Shown here: in pieces, positions 41,701 through 50,485 of the stretch | Numbering within the stretch: position 1 is the stretch's first letter | Layout of the letters: each line of letters starts with the position of its first letter | NCBI GenBank assembly: GCA_043825735.1 | Contig: JBDRRP010000039.1 | Location: 1 to 54,139 of the forward strand | Length of the DNA stretch: 54,139 nt | From: Pseudomonadota bacterium | GTDB lineage: Bacteria > Desulfobacterota > Desulfobacteria > Desulfobacterales > JBDRRP01 | Reading direction: 5' to 3' | Notes under the pieces: model-generated | Told to the model about the DNA's origin: nothing | What the model saw: the letters and a program-made list of their open reading frames with translations, nothing else | The model's database searches: none | Translations under genes and position numbers: made by a program

Positions 41701-43821
41701 GTGCCCAACGCACACCGGACGGTCTCTGCCATGAATCACACTCCCAATCGCCCAGGAGCACCCGAGATGCCGCCGACGCGCCCATACGCGGGGACCACCG
41801 AAAATGACTGGGTCCGCCTGGCCCGGGGGTGCCTGTCAGCCAACCAGTTCTTCCGGGCCTATGACATCGCCAAAGAGGCCCTTGCCGCCTTCCCCGAATC
41901 CCTGCACCTCAAGCTAATGGCGGCGCACGCGCTGTTCCGGTGCGGCGCGCTTCAGGAAGCCGGGCGCATGCTCCGGGAGCTGGAACCGACCTTTGAATCC
42001 CGCGAGAATCGAATTTTGCGTACGACGCAACTGCTCCACACCATCGCGCAGCACCCTGAGCCGAAAGACATGAGCGCGGTGGAGGAGTTGGCCGCGGCGC
42101 TCAGCACCCTTGCCCAGCCAAGTCCTCTGGAAAAACTGACGCCGGAGCTCGTTTTGCTCATGAGCGAAACGTATCGGGAGCGATGGAAGCGACTGGGTGA
42201 TCGCTCCGCCCTGAAACGGGCCCGAGACCTTCAGCGGATGCACTACCTGGCCCACCGGGATCTTGCCACCGGCACCCAGGTGGTGGTCCTCAGCTGGTGC
42301 CTGGGAGATCGCGACGAGGCGTTGCAGCTGGCAGCACACATCGTTCAATCAACGCCCGATGGGCCGGTCGATGAAGACCCCATTGGGGCGTTTCATTTTC
42401 ATTTATGGCAGGGGCAGCTGGCGCTGGTCTGCGGCGCCCTGCCCGCCGCCGAGGCGCACCTTGTCGCCGCCGCCGAGGCATCCCGCCGCCGATACCCGCT
42501 CAGGGTCGAAGCACGCCGGGAGCTGCGCCTGCTGGAGGCCCACGGCGTGGCTGCGGCCGGCCCCCTTATCGAGCAGTTCCCGCCCCCGTGCGTGGTCATT
42601 TTTACGGGCCAGCAAATCGACTCGGCCACCGCCCCCTCCCCCTGGTTTCCGGAGGCCATGGAAGGGGCCGTGCGCGACGCGATCCAGCGGCAACTCGACG
42701 ATCTTTCGGCAGAGATCGGCTACTGCTCGGCATCTGCCGGGGCCGATATTTTATTTATGGAAAGCATGCTGGAACGGGGGGCGGACGTTCACGTCGTCAT
42801 TCCTTACATGCTCCAGGACTTTATTCACCACCGGGTCGCCCCGGCCGGCTACCGGTGGGAATTCCGGCTGCAAAACGCCTTGAAGGCCGCGGCCAGCGTG
42901 GTACAGGTCTCAGAAGACCGGTACCTGGGCAACGACCTCATCCTGCGTTTCGGCAACCAGGTGATCGACGGTACGGCGCGGCTGCAGGCGGCCCTGCTGG
43001 GCACCGCCCCCTATCTGGTCAGCGTATGGGATTACAGCGCCCCGGCCGGCCCGGGAACAGCAGCCGATTTTATCGACTGCTGGGGCGATCCCATGCGGCT
43101 GTGCATCATCGACCTGGACGGTCTCCGGCAGAGCCAGGGGGTCGACGGGCCGCCACCGGAAGCCCTGACGGCGGCCCCATCGGCATCTGAAGCGCCCGCA
43201 GCGCCGCCCCAACAGATCTGCACCATGCTGTTTGCCGACGTCGTTGGTTTCAGCACCATCGCCGACCAGTATCTGCCTGGGTTCTGGCAATTTATCGATG
43301 CCGTGCGCCGACACATCGACGGGCGCCATGCCACACCGCTGCTCGTGGAAAGCTGGGGGGACGCGCTTTACGTGGCCATGGACAGCGCCAGCGCCATGAG
43401 CGAGTACGCCCACCTGCTGACCACGGCCTTCAACGAGATCGATTCGCGCCAATACGGCCTCCCGGTCAAACTGGCACTGCGGATCGGACTGCACGCCGGG
43501 CCGGTGTTCCGAGGCCGCCATCCGCTCACCGGTCACCCCATCATCTATGGCGGCAACGTCAACCGCGCCGCCCGCATCGAACCCATCTCCGTGGCCGGCC
43601 ACATTTACGCTTCCCAGCAGTTCGTGGCGCTGCTCACTGCCGAGCAAAGCGCGTTCGAAGCAGAGGCCGCCTTTAACGAATCGATCTACCGGAGCCCCTA
43701 TGTCTGCGAGTACATGGGGATGCTGTCGCTGGCAAAGGCCCACGGTGAGCAGGCCATCTACCAACTGCGCAAGGCGCCCCCCCCGATGGAAGCGCCCGAA
43801 ACGCAGACGCCCCCGTCGTGA
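41701..43821 (+). CDS. TPR + SLOG-like + class III nucleotidyl cyclase protein
   Basis: Helical N-terminus; VVIFTGQQID, CSASAGADILF, VHVVIP, VWD..GPGTA (SLOG-like); MLFADVVGFS, SWGDA, RIGLHAGPV, VNRAARIE. AGGAG RBS. Confidence 0.85.
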   Translation: MPNAHRTVSAMNHTPNRPGAPEMPPTRPYAGTTENDWVRLARGCLSANQFFRAYDIAKEALAAFPESLHLKLMAAHALFRCGALQEAGRMLRELEPTFESRENRILRTTQLLHTIAQHPEPKDMSAVEELAAALSTLAQPSPLEKLTPELVLLMSETYRERWKRLGDRSALKRARDLQRMHYLAHRDLATGTQVVVLSWCLGDRDEALQLAAHIVQSTPDGPVDEDPIGAFHFHLWQGQLALVCGALPAAEAHLVAAAEASRRRYPLRVEARRELRLLEAHGVAAAGPLIEQFPPPCVVIFTGQQIDSATAPSPWFPEAMEGAVRDAIQRQLDDLSAEIGYCSASAGADILFMESMLERGADVHVVIPYMLQDFIHHRVAPAGYRWEFRLQNALKAAASVVQVSEDRYLGNDLILRFGNQVIDGTARLQAALLGTAPYLVSVWDYSAPAGPGTAADFIDCWGDPMRLCIIDLDGLRQSQGVDGPPPEALTAAPSASEAPAAPPQQICTMLFADVVGFSTIADQYLPGFWQFIDAVRRHIDGRHATPLLVESWGDALYVAMDSASAMSEYAHLLTTAFNEIDSRQYGLPVKLALRIGLHAGPVFRGRHPLTGHPIIYGGNVNRAARIEPISVAGHIYASQQFVALLTAEQSAFEAEAAFNESIYRSPYVCEYMGMLSLAKAHGEQAIYQLRKAPPPMEAPETQTPPS

Positions 43822-43850
43822 CGGCCAACCGGCAGCGCACCAGCGGACAG

Positions 43851-44867
43851 CTAAATGTGTGATGCCCTCTGGCTGGCGGCCAAATTCTGGTGAAACCGCC
43901 CTTCGAAACGCCGCACGGCCCCGCGGCGCGATACCGAAAGGAAACCACGGTATACGGGATCGTCTTCAGGCACCTGGCGCATCAGCAGGTGTGTCTCCAT
44001 GAGATGGAGTGCTTCGATGGATTTGTCGCAGACCGGATATCCCTTGTCGTCGATATAGATGTCTTCACCACGATGTACCGGAGATACGTTGTTGATGTCC
44101 ACCAGCCGCACGCGACCGTCCCGGGTCATGAGCATATTACGGCTGCCCGCCAGATCCGGCACGAACCCCGCATCGAGAATCATCCGCCGGATGCCGTCCA
44201 CGAAACGGCCGACCTCGCTGCGCAGACGCTCAAAAAAGACGGCGGGGTCTGCCGGGGCATTGGCGCTCCCGGCCATGCGTGCATACAGATCGGCCATCAC
44301 ATCCACATGTTCCAGCCGCCAGGGGGCCAACTCGTAGCCGTCGGCATACTCCTGCAGGCCGCACAGCATCAGATCGCAGCCGCTGCCGCCGCTGTAATGA
44401 ACAATAAACTCGTTGGAGCGCGCCAACTGGCCCCCGGGCACATAGGCTTCGATGATGCGCAGCCGCCGGATTTCCTCGGCGATCTCCGCCGCCGAACAGA
44501 ACCGCCGCCTGAAAATCCGAAGCATTTTGAGAGGAACCGGTTTGGGATACCAGCGCATCCCATCGGTCACCACCCCCTCGGTTTCCATCTGCACGGCCGC
44601 CGGATGGAGCACTTCCATGATGTGCGAGCGCAGGCCGCATCGGAAATGGGGACGAAAAATGTAGGGGCAGTGCGCGCTGATGAAATTGAGCGCCATGATG
44701 TCATCGTGCTGCAGGTCCGCCTTGTCGCGAATATCCACAGTGTGTCCGGGCATAGTATTCTCCCCGGCGGCCGCTGGTGCGGTCACCGGTGTTGACCCTT
44801 GCGGGTCCAGGGCGCTCGCAGGGTGCATCTCGTCTGATCGGGCAGGCACGACTTCACGCTGTGACAC
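43851..44867 (-). CDS. Hypothetical protein with protein-kinase-like motifs
   Basis: LKMLR, LQEY, PDLAGSRNML (DxxxxxN), VRLVDIN. Start uncertain. Confidence 0.6.
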   Translation of the reverse strand: MSQREVVPARSDEMHPASALDPQGSTPVTAPAAAGENTMPGHTVDIRDKADLQHDDIMALNFISAHCPYIFRPHFRCGLRSHIMEVLHPAAVQMETEGVVTDGMRWYPKPVPLKMLRIFRRRFCSAAEIAEEIRRLRIIEAYVPGGQLARSNEFIVHYSGGSGCDLMLCGLQEYADGYELAPWRLEHVDVMADLYARMAGSANAPADPAVFFERLRSEVGRFVDGIRRMILDAGFVPDLAGSRNMLMTRDGRVRLVDINNVSPVHRGEDIYIDDKGYPVCDKSIEALHLMETHLLMRQVPEDDPVYRGFLSVSRRGAVRRFEGRFHQNLAASQRASHI

Positions 44868-45073
44868 GCGTTGAAGAGGGCGTTGTCATGATCGCTTTCC
44901 GGGGGCAATCATACCGAACCAGTTAAAACCGATGCAACAGTTTAAGGGATCAGCGGATTCTGTCAAGCCGGTGTGGCTGTTGGAGAGGATGTCATGGCCG
45001 TGCCGACCACGCCCCCGGCCGCCGTGTCCAGGCATGGCGCTCACCCGCCCCCTGCCGGAAGGCGCCGGCGGCG

Positions 45074-45102
45074 TTGACAGGGTTTGGGGAAGCCTTTACT
45101 AT
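45074..45102 (+). promoter_or_regulatory. sigma70 promoter for dapL
   Basis: TTGACA-17-TACTAT. Confidence 0.6.
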
Positions 45103-45200
45103 GGGCTCCTGGCACCGGCCACTGTGCGCAGCACAGCGGCCGTCGACATCATCATCACCACCACAACGGCATCTGAGCCACAACCACAGGAATCGATTTC

Positions 45201-46427
45201 ATGATCCGCATCAACAGCAATTATTTGAAACTTAAAGCTTCCTACCTGTTTTCCGACATTGCCAAAAAGGTCGCCGCCTTTCAAAAAGCGAACCCTGACA
45301 CGAATGTCATCAAACTCGGCATCGGCGACGTGACCCGCGCCCTGCCGCCGGCGGTGGTGCGCGCGTTCCACGCGGCGGTGGACGAAATGGCCGCCGATGC
45401 CACGTTCAAGGGATACGGCCCGGAGCAGGGATACCCCTTTCTGCGCGAGGCCATTGCCGAGATCGACTTCCAGTCCCGCGGGGCTGACATTTCCGCCGAC
45501 GAAATATTTGTCAGCGACGGCGCCAAATGCGATACGGGCAACATCCAGGAAATCTTCTCCGCCGACACCCGCATCGCCATCCCCGATCCGGTCTATCCTG
45601 TTTACCTCGACACCAACGTGATGGCCGGGCGCACCGGCGCATACGCTGCAGGCCGCTACGACGGTATCGTCTACCTGGAGAGCACAGCGGCCAACGGCTT
45701 TATCCCGGATCTGCCGACAGCGCCCGTGGATCTGATCTACCTGTGCTTTCCCAACAACCCTACCGGCGCCACCATCGACCGCGATCGGCTCAGGCAATGG
45801 GTTGATTTCGCTCGCGACCAGCGGGCGATTATTCTCTTCGATGCCGCCTACGAGGCATTCATCCGGGACGACAGCCTGCCCCGCAGCATTTACGAAATCC
45901 CGGGGGCGCGGGAAGTGGCCATCGAATTTCGCAGCCTGTCGAAAACCGCCGGCTTCACGGGAACGCGCTGCGCCTTCACGGTGGTGCCCAAATCATTGAG
46001 GGCCTATGACAGCGCCGGCACCGCCCACCCGGTATGGAACCTCTGGTCGCGGCGCCAGTCGACCAAGTTCAACGGCGTCTCCTACCCGGTCCAGCGGGCC
46101 GCGGCGGCGGCGTACACGCCGGAGGGTCAGGCGCAGGTGCGCGCCCTGGCGGACGGCTACCTTGCCAACGCCGCCATCATCCGCCGGGAGATGGCCGATT
46201 TGGGCTACGCCTGCGTGGGCGGAGAAAATTCACCCTATATCTGGATCGACGGCAAAAAAGATTCATGGGCCTTTTTCGACGCACTGCTCACCAAGGCCGG
46301 GGTGGTCTGCACCCCCGGTGCCGGATTCGGCGCCTGCGGGGAGGGGTATATCCGCATCAGTGCTTTCAACTCGCATGCCAACGTCACCGCTGCCATGCAG
46401 CGGATCCGGGATGCCCTCTCGGCCTGA
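45201..46427 (+). CDS. dapL: LL-diaminopimelate aminotransferase
   Basis: [56 protein letters not shown]. Confidence 0.95.
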   Translation: MIRINSNYLKLKASYLFSDIAKKVAAFQKANPDTNVIKLGIGDVTRALPPAVVRAFHAAVDEMAADATFKGYGPEQGYPFLREAIAEIDFQSRGADISADEIFVSDGAKCDTGNIQEIFSADTRIAIPDPVYPVYLDTNVMAGRTGAYAAGRYDGIVYLESTAANGFIPDLPTAPVDLIYLCFPNNPTGATIDRDRLRQWVDFARDQRAIILFDAAYEAFIRDDSLPRSIYEIPGAREVAIEFRSLSKTAGFTGTRCAFTVVPKSLRAYDSAGTAHPVWNLWSRRQSTKFNGVSYPVQRAAAAAYTPEGQAQVRALADGYLANAAIIRREMADLGYACVGGENSPYIWIDGKKDSWAFFDALLTKAGVVCTPGAGFGACGEGYIRISAFNSHANVTAAMQRIRDALSA

Positions 46428-46462
46428 GACGGCCGGCGGCTTTGTAAAGGCGGCACACGATC

Positions 46463-47980
46463 ATGGGAAACGACGCTCCGCGAGAATCGTTTGATGTCTG
46501 CATCCTCGGCTGCGGCCCGGGCGGATTCGCCGGCGCCATGCGCGCGCTGGATCTTGGCAAGCACGTCTGCGTTATCGAAGGCGGCGAGATCGGGGGGGCC
46601 GGCGTCATGTGGGGGGCCCTGGCGTCCAAAACCATGTGGGAGCTGGCCAAAGACTACAACGTGGCCGCCCAGATCGACCGGGGGTATCGCAGCACAGGGC
46701 TCGCCGTAAACTACGGCGCGGTTCGGGCTTCGGTCATCCAGGCCGTTGAAGAAAAGCAGCAGCAGATGCTCTCCCAGTTGGAGACCTATTCTCCCCGCCG
46801 GTTCGAAGGGCCGGGATCGATCACCTACAAGCGGGGCCGCGGGGCCTTTCACGCACCGGGCAAAATCCAGATCACCCCCCCGGAGGGACGTCGCGAAATC
46901 ATCAGCGCCAAGCACATTCTCATCGCCACCGGCTCCACGCCCCGGCCGTTTCCCGGCATTCAGACAGATCAGCAGCGCGTCTTCGACTCCAACGGCATCC
47001 TCAACCTGGAGGCCTTCCCCAAACGCCTCATGATCATCGGTGCCGGAATCATCGGCTGCGAGTATGCCACCATTTTTTCCAACTTCAACCAGACACAGGT
47101 CTATCTGGTGGACTACGCCGAGCGGATCATCCCCTTCGAAGATGATGACGTGAGTGACTTCGTCAGCGCCAACCTCGCCAAAAACGGCGTGAAGATATAC
47201 CACTCCGCCGTTCTCAAAGAAATTATCCACCACGATGAGCACATGGACGTGGTACTCGATTTCGCCGACGGCCGCTCGAAGGTGGTCAAGGTGGACGCGG
47301 TGCTGGTATCCATCGGCCGCATCCCCAACCTGGCCGGCCTCAACCTCGAGGCCGTGGGCATTACGCCCAATGAGCGCGGATTTCTTGAAACAGACCCGGA
47401 CTGCCGGGTCGGGGGCAATGTCTTTGCTTCGGGCGACGTCACCCAGCACCCGGCCCTGGTCAACCTCGCCGAGACCGAAAGCCGGTTCGCCGTGAAGGCC
47501 ATGTTCGACGCGCTCAAGTGGCCGCTCAGATACGACAACATGTCCACGGTCATGTTCTTTAAACCGGCAGTGGCGGCCGTCGGGCTCAACGAACGCATGT
47601 GTCAGAAAAAGGGGCTCCCCTACCGGGTGGCCCATTATGCCAATGCGCTGCTGAGCCGGGCCATCGCCATGCGCGCCACCACCGGTTTCGTCAAAATCAT
47701 CGTCAGCGACGACAGCGATCAAAAGATTCTGGGCATGCGGGCGGCCGGCCCCCAGGCATCCACCACCATCATGTCCATCGCCCTTTTGATGGATCAGGAT
47801 AAAGGCATCCGCGACGTGCTCAAATCCGTCCACCCCCATCCCACGATGAGTGAAGGCATCCAGGAATGCCTGCGGGTGCTGCTCAATAAATCCGTTTACA
47901 AGCACCGCGCTTTCCCCGAACTGGTCAAGGTGCATCGGTGGCATCCCAAAACGGGCTTTTCTGCGGACAACGGGGGCTAA
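46463..47980 (+). CDS. Pyridine nucleotide-disulfide oxidoreductase family flavoprotein (Lpd/SthA-like)
   Basis: GCGPGG, IATGSTP, GAGIIGCE, GRIPN, GDV, HPTMSE. Confidence 0.85.
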   Translation: MGNDAPRESFDVCILGCGPGGFAGAMRALDLGKHVCVIEGGEIGGAGVMWGALASKTMWELAKDYNVAAQIDRGYRSTGLAVNYGAVRASVIQAVEEKQQQMLSQLETYSPRRFEGPGSITYKRGRGAFHAPGKIQITPPEGRREIISAKHILIATGSTPRPFPGIQTDQQRVFDSNGILNLEAFPKRLMIIGAGIIGCEYATIFSNFNQTQVYLVDYAERIIPFEDDDVSDFVSANLAKNGVKIYHSAVLKEIIHHDEHMDVVLDFADGRSKVVKVDAVLVSIGRIPNLAGLNLEAVGITPNERGFLETDPDCRVGGNVFASGDVTQHPALVNLAETESRFAVKAMFDALKWPLRYDNMSTVMFFKPAVAAVGLNERMCQKKGLPYRVAHYANALLSRAIAMRATTGFVKIIVSDDSDQKILGMRAAGPQASTTIMSIALLMDQDKGIRDVLKSVHPHPTMSEGIQECLRVLLNKSVYKHRAFPELVKVHRWHPKTGFSADNGG

Positions 47981-48011
47981 AAAAGGGCATCGCCCGTCTT
48001 AATGCGGCCTT

Positions 48012-48485
48012 TTGAAAAAGCGCGGCATCTCCGGCACACCGGGCAACGATGCGCCGATACCAGCTATCGATATGGCATTATCGCGCAACCAGATGATCGT
48101 ATCGTCGGCGTTTCTCGTCATCGCCCTGGGATCGGTGGCTGCCCTGTTTTACCAGGCGGTAACCGGGCGTCTGGAAACGCGTCAACAGGAATTACGGCAA
48201 CGCGCCGAAGCGGCCCTGCCGCCCGGCAAGACCACTGTCCTTGACGACCGGGTGGTCTTGATCAAAGATGAAGGCGTCACCCTGGGCCGCACCCGAGTGG
48301 TTTACAGGGGCTGGCAGGACGGACGCATCCATATCGATCTGTATCTTCTGGACCTGGATTCGTCCTATGCCTACCCCCGGCGCATCACCAAAGACGAGGC
48401 CCGAAAGGGCATCTCCCTGGGAGCGCGGCGGTACCGTTTGCAGGCCGTCAACAGCAAATCACTGACACTTCTTTTTGTCGACTGA
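48012..48485 (+). CDS. Hypothetical single-TM protein
   Basis: ORF between the reductase and pgm with one TM; start uncertain. Confidence 0.6.
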   Translation: MKKRGISGTPGNDAPIPAIDMALSRNQMIVSSAFLVIALGSVAALFYQAVTGRLETRQQELRQRAEAALPPGKTTVLDDRVVLIKDEGVTLGRTRVVYRGWQDGRIHIDLYLLDLDSSYAYPRRITKDEARKGISLGARRYRLQAVNSKSLTLLFVD

Positions 48486-48518
48486 AGTGTCCTCACCATT
48501 GTATCAAAGGGATCATCC

Positions 48519-50180
48519 ATGCCGATCCATGAACTCGCCGGAAAGAAAGCGCCGGAATCACTGCTGGCCAATATCCCGCGGCTCGTTTGCGCCTACTACA
48601 CGCGCCGGCCGGACGCCGGCGAGCCGACCCATCAGGTGGCTTTCGGCACCTCGGGTCACCGGGGCTCGTCCCTGAAAGACAGCTTCAACGAGGATCACAT
48701 CCTCGCCATCAGCCAGGCCATTGCCGAATACCGGGCCGCCGAGGGCATCACCGGCCCCTTGTTCCTGGGCATGGACACCCACGCCCTCTCAGAGCCGGCC
48801 CTGGTCAGCGCCCTGGAAGTCTTTGCCGCCAACGCGGTGACCGTCATGATCCAAAAGGGACGCGGCTACACTCCGACCCCGGTCATCTCACACGCCATCC
48901 TCACGCACAACCGCGGACGGAAAACCGGGCTGGCCGACGGGGTGGTCATCACCCCCTCGCACAACCCGCCCGAAGACGGCGGATTCAAATACAATCCCCC
49001 CGAAGGCGGACCGGCCGGTACCGACGCCACACGGCGCATCGCCCGGCGGGCCAACGAGCTCCTCGGCACCCGGCTGGCAGCGGTCAAGCGGGTGCCGTTT
49101 GAAAGGGCCCTTGCCGCCGACACCACCATCGCGATCGACTACATCACCCCCTATGTCGCGGATCTCGCCACTGTGCTGGACATGGCGGCCATCGCCACCT
49201 CCGGCCTCAAGCTTGGCGTGGATCCTCTGGGCGGAGCGGCCATTCACTACTGGGAGCCCATCGCCGAGCGCTACGGGCTATCTATCGACATCGTCAACCC
49301 CTCCGTTGACCCACGGTTTGGCTTCATGACCGTGGACAAGGACGGCAAGATCCGCATGGACTGTTCCTCTCCTTGGGCCATGCAGGGGCTCATCGACCTG
49401 AAAGAGCGGTTCGATGTCGCCTTCGGAAACGACACCGACGTGGACCGCCACGGCATCGTGACCCGCAGCGCCGGGCTGCTCAACCCCAATCATTATCTGG
49501 CGGTCGCCATCTGGTATCTTTTCCAGAACCGGCCGGCCTGGAATCCTTCAGCCGCCATCGGAAAAACCCTGGTTTCCACCGCCATGATCGACCGGGTGGC
49601 CGCATCGCTGGGCAAAACGGTGAGCGAAGTGCCGGTCGGTTTCAAATGGTTCGTGGACGGTCTGCTGAGCGGGGCCTACGGCTTCGGCGGGGAGGAAAGT
49701 GCCGGCGCCGCGTTTTTGCGCCGTGATGGCGCGGTCTGGACCACCGACAAGGACGGCATCATCATGGATCTTCTGGCCGCCGAAATCATGGCCAAAACCG
49801 GCCGGGATCCGGGGAAGATCTATGCCGCCCTTGAACAGCAGTTTGGTGCATCCTGCTACGAGCGCATCGATGCTCCGGCAAGTCCGGCACAAAAGGCAGT
49901 GCTGTCAAATCTATCGAAAGACATGATCACGGCCAGACAACTGGCCGGAGAGCCCATCACCGCCGTGCTCACCCACGCCCCGGGCAACGGCGCACCCATC
50001 GGCGGTCTCAAGGTGGCCACCCAAAACGGCTGGTTCGCCGCCCGCCCTTCGGGCACCGAAGACATCTACAAGATCTACGCGGAAAGCTTCACCGGGGATG
50101 CCCATCTGAAAGCGATCCAGCAGGAGGCCCAGGCCATGGTCACCGAGGCGCTCAAGGGCGTGGATGGTGCCAATAGGTAG
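48519..50180 (+). CDS. pgm: Phosphoglucomutase (alpha-D-glucose phosphate-specific)
   Basis: [38 protein letters not shown]. Confidence 0.96.
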   Translation: MPIHELAGKKAPESLLANIPRLVCAYYTRRPDAGEPTHQVAFGTSGHRGSSLKDSFNEDHILAISQAIAEYRAAEGITGPLFLGMDTHALSEPALVSALEVFAANAVTVMIQKGRGYTPTPVISHAILTHNRGRKTGLADGVVITPSHNPPEDGGFKYNPPEGGPAGTDATRRIARRANELLGTRLAAVKRVPFERALAADTTIAIDYITPYVADLATVLDMAAIATSGLKLGVDPLGGAAIHYWEPIAERYGLSIDIVNPSVDPRFGFMTVDKDGKIRMDCSSPWAMQGLIDLKERFDVAFGNDTDVDRHGIVTRSAGLLNPNHYLAVAIWYLFQNRPAWNPSAAIGKTLVSTAMIDRVAASLGKTVSEVPVGFKWFVDGLLSGAYGFGGEESAGAAFLRRDGAVWTTDKDGIIMDLLAAEIMAKTGRDPGKIYAALEQQFGASCYERIDAPASPAQKAVLSNLSKDMITARQLAGEPITAVLTHAPGNGAPIGGLKVATQNGWFAARPSGTEDIYKIYAESFTGDAHLKAIQQEAQAMVTEALKGVDGANR

Positions 50181-50304
50181 ATCTTTCAGCTATTCACCTA
50201 TCATGACCCTATTATTATGGCGAGATCTCCAGCGCCTATCTTTGCACAAATTGAAATTCCCACTTTCATATTGACACGTTTTTTGTAGCTGATTATGGCT
50301 GCGC

Positions 50305-50469
50305 TTGATTCCCCGCACCCTTCAAAACCGATTGAAAAGCCTTGCCGGCCCCTGCCCGGTTGTCTATCTGACTGGCCCCAAGCAATCCGGCAAGACAACG
50401 CTCGTCACAGCCATCCTCGAGTTATTGCCGTTTTCATTGGCAGAGCTGTTGGAAAGGCCGCCACGATGA
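50305..50469 (+). pseudogene. Internally deleted AAA_14/DUF4143-type ATPase remnant
   Basis: Hand translation from TTG: MIPRTLQNRLKSLAGPCPVVYLTGPKQSGKTTLVTAILELLPFSLAELLERPPR*. Confidence 0.75.
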
Positions 50470-50485
50470 GCGGCAAGTCGAGAAT

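Noticed and set aside
46235..47944. 569-aa minus-strand ORF and similar long antisense ORFs (e.g. 29898-31115, 38062-39027)
   Set aside because: Shadow frames opposite well-supported genes in GC-rich DNA
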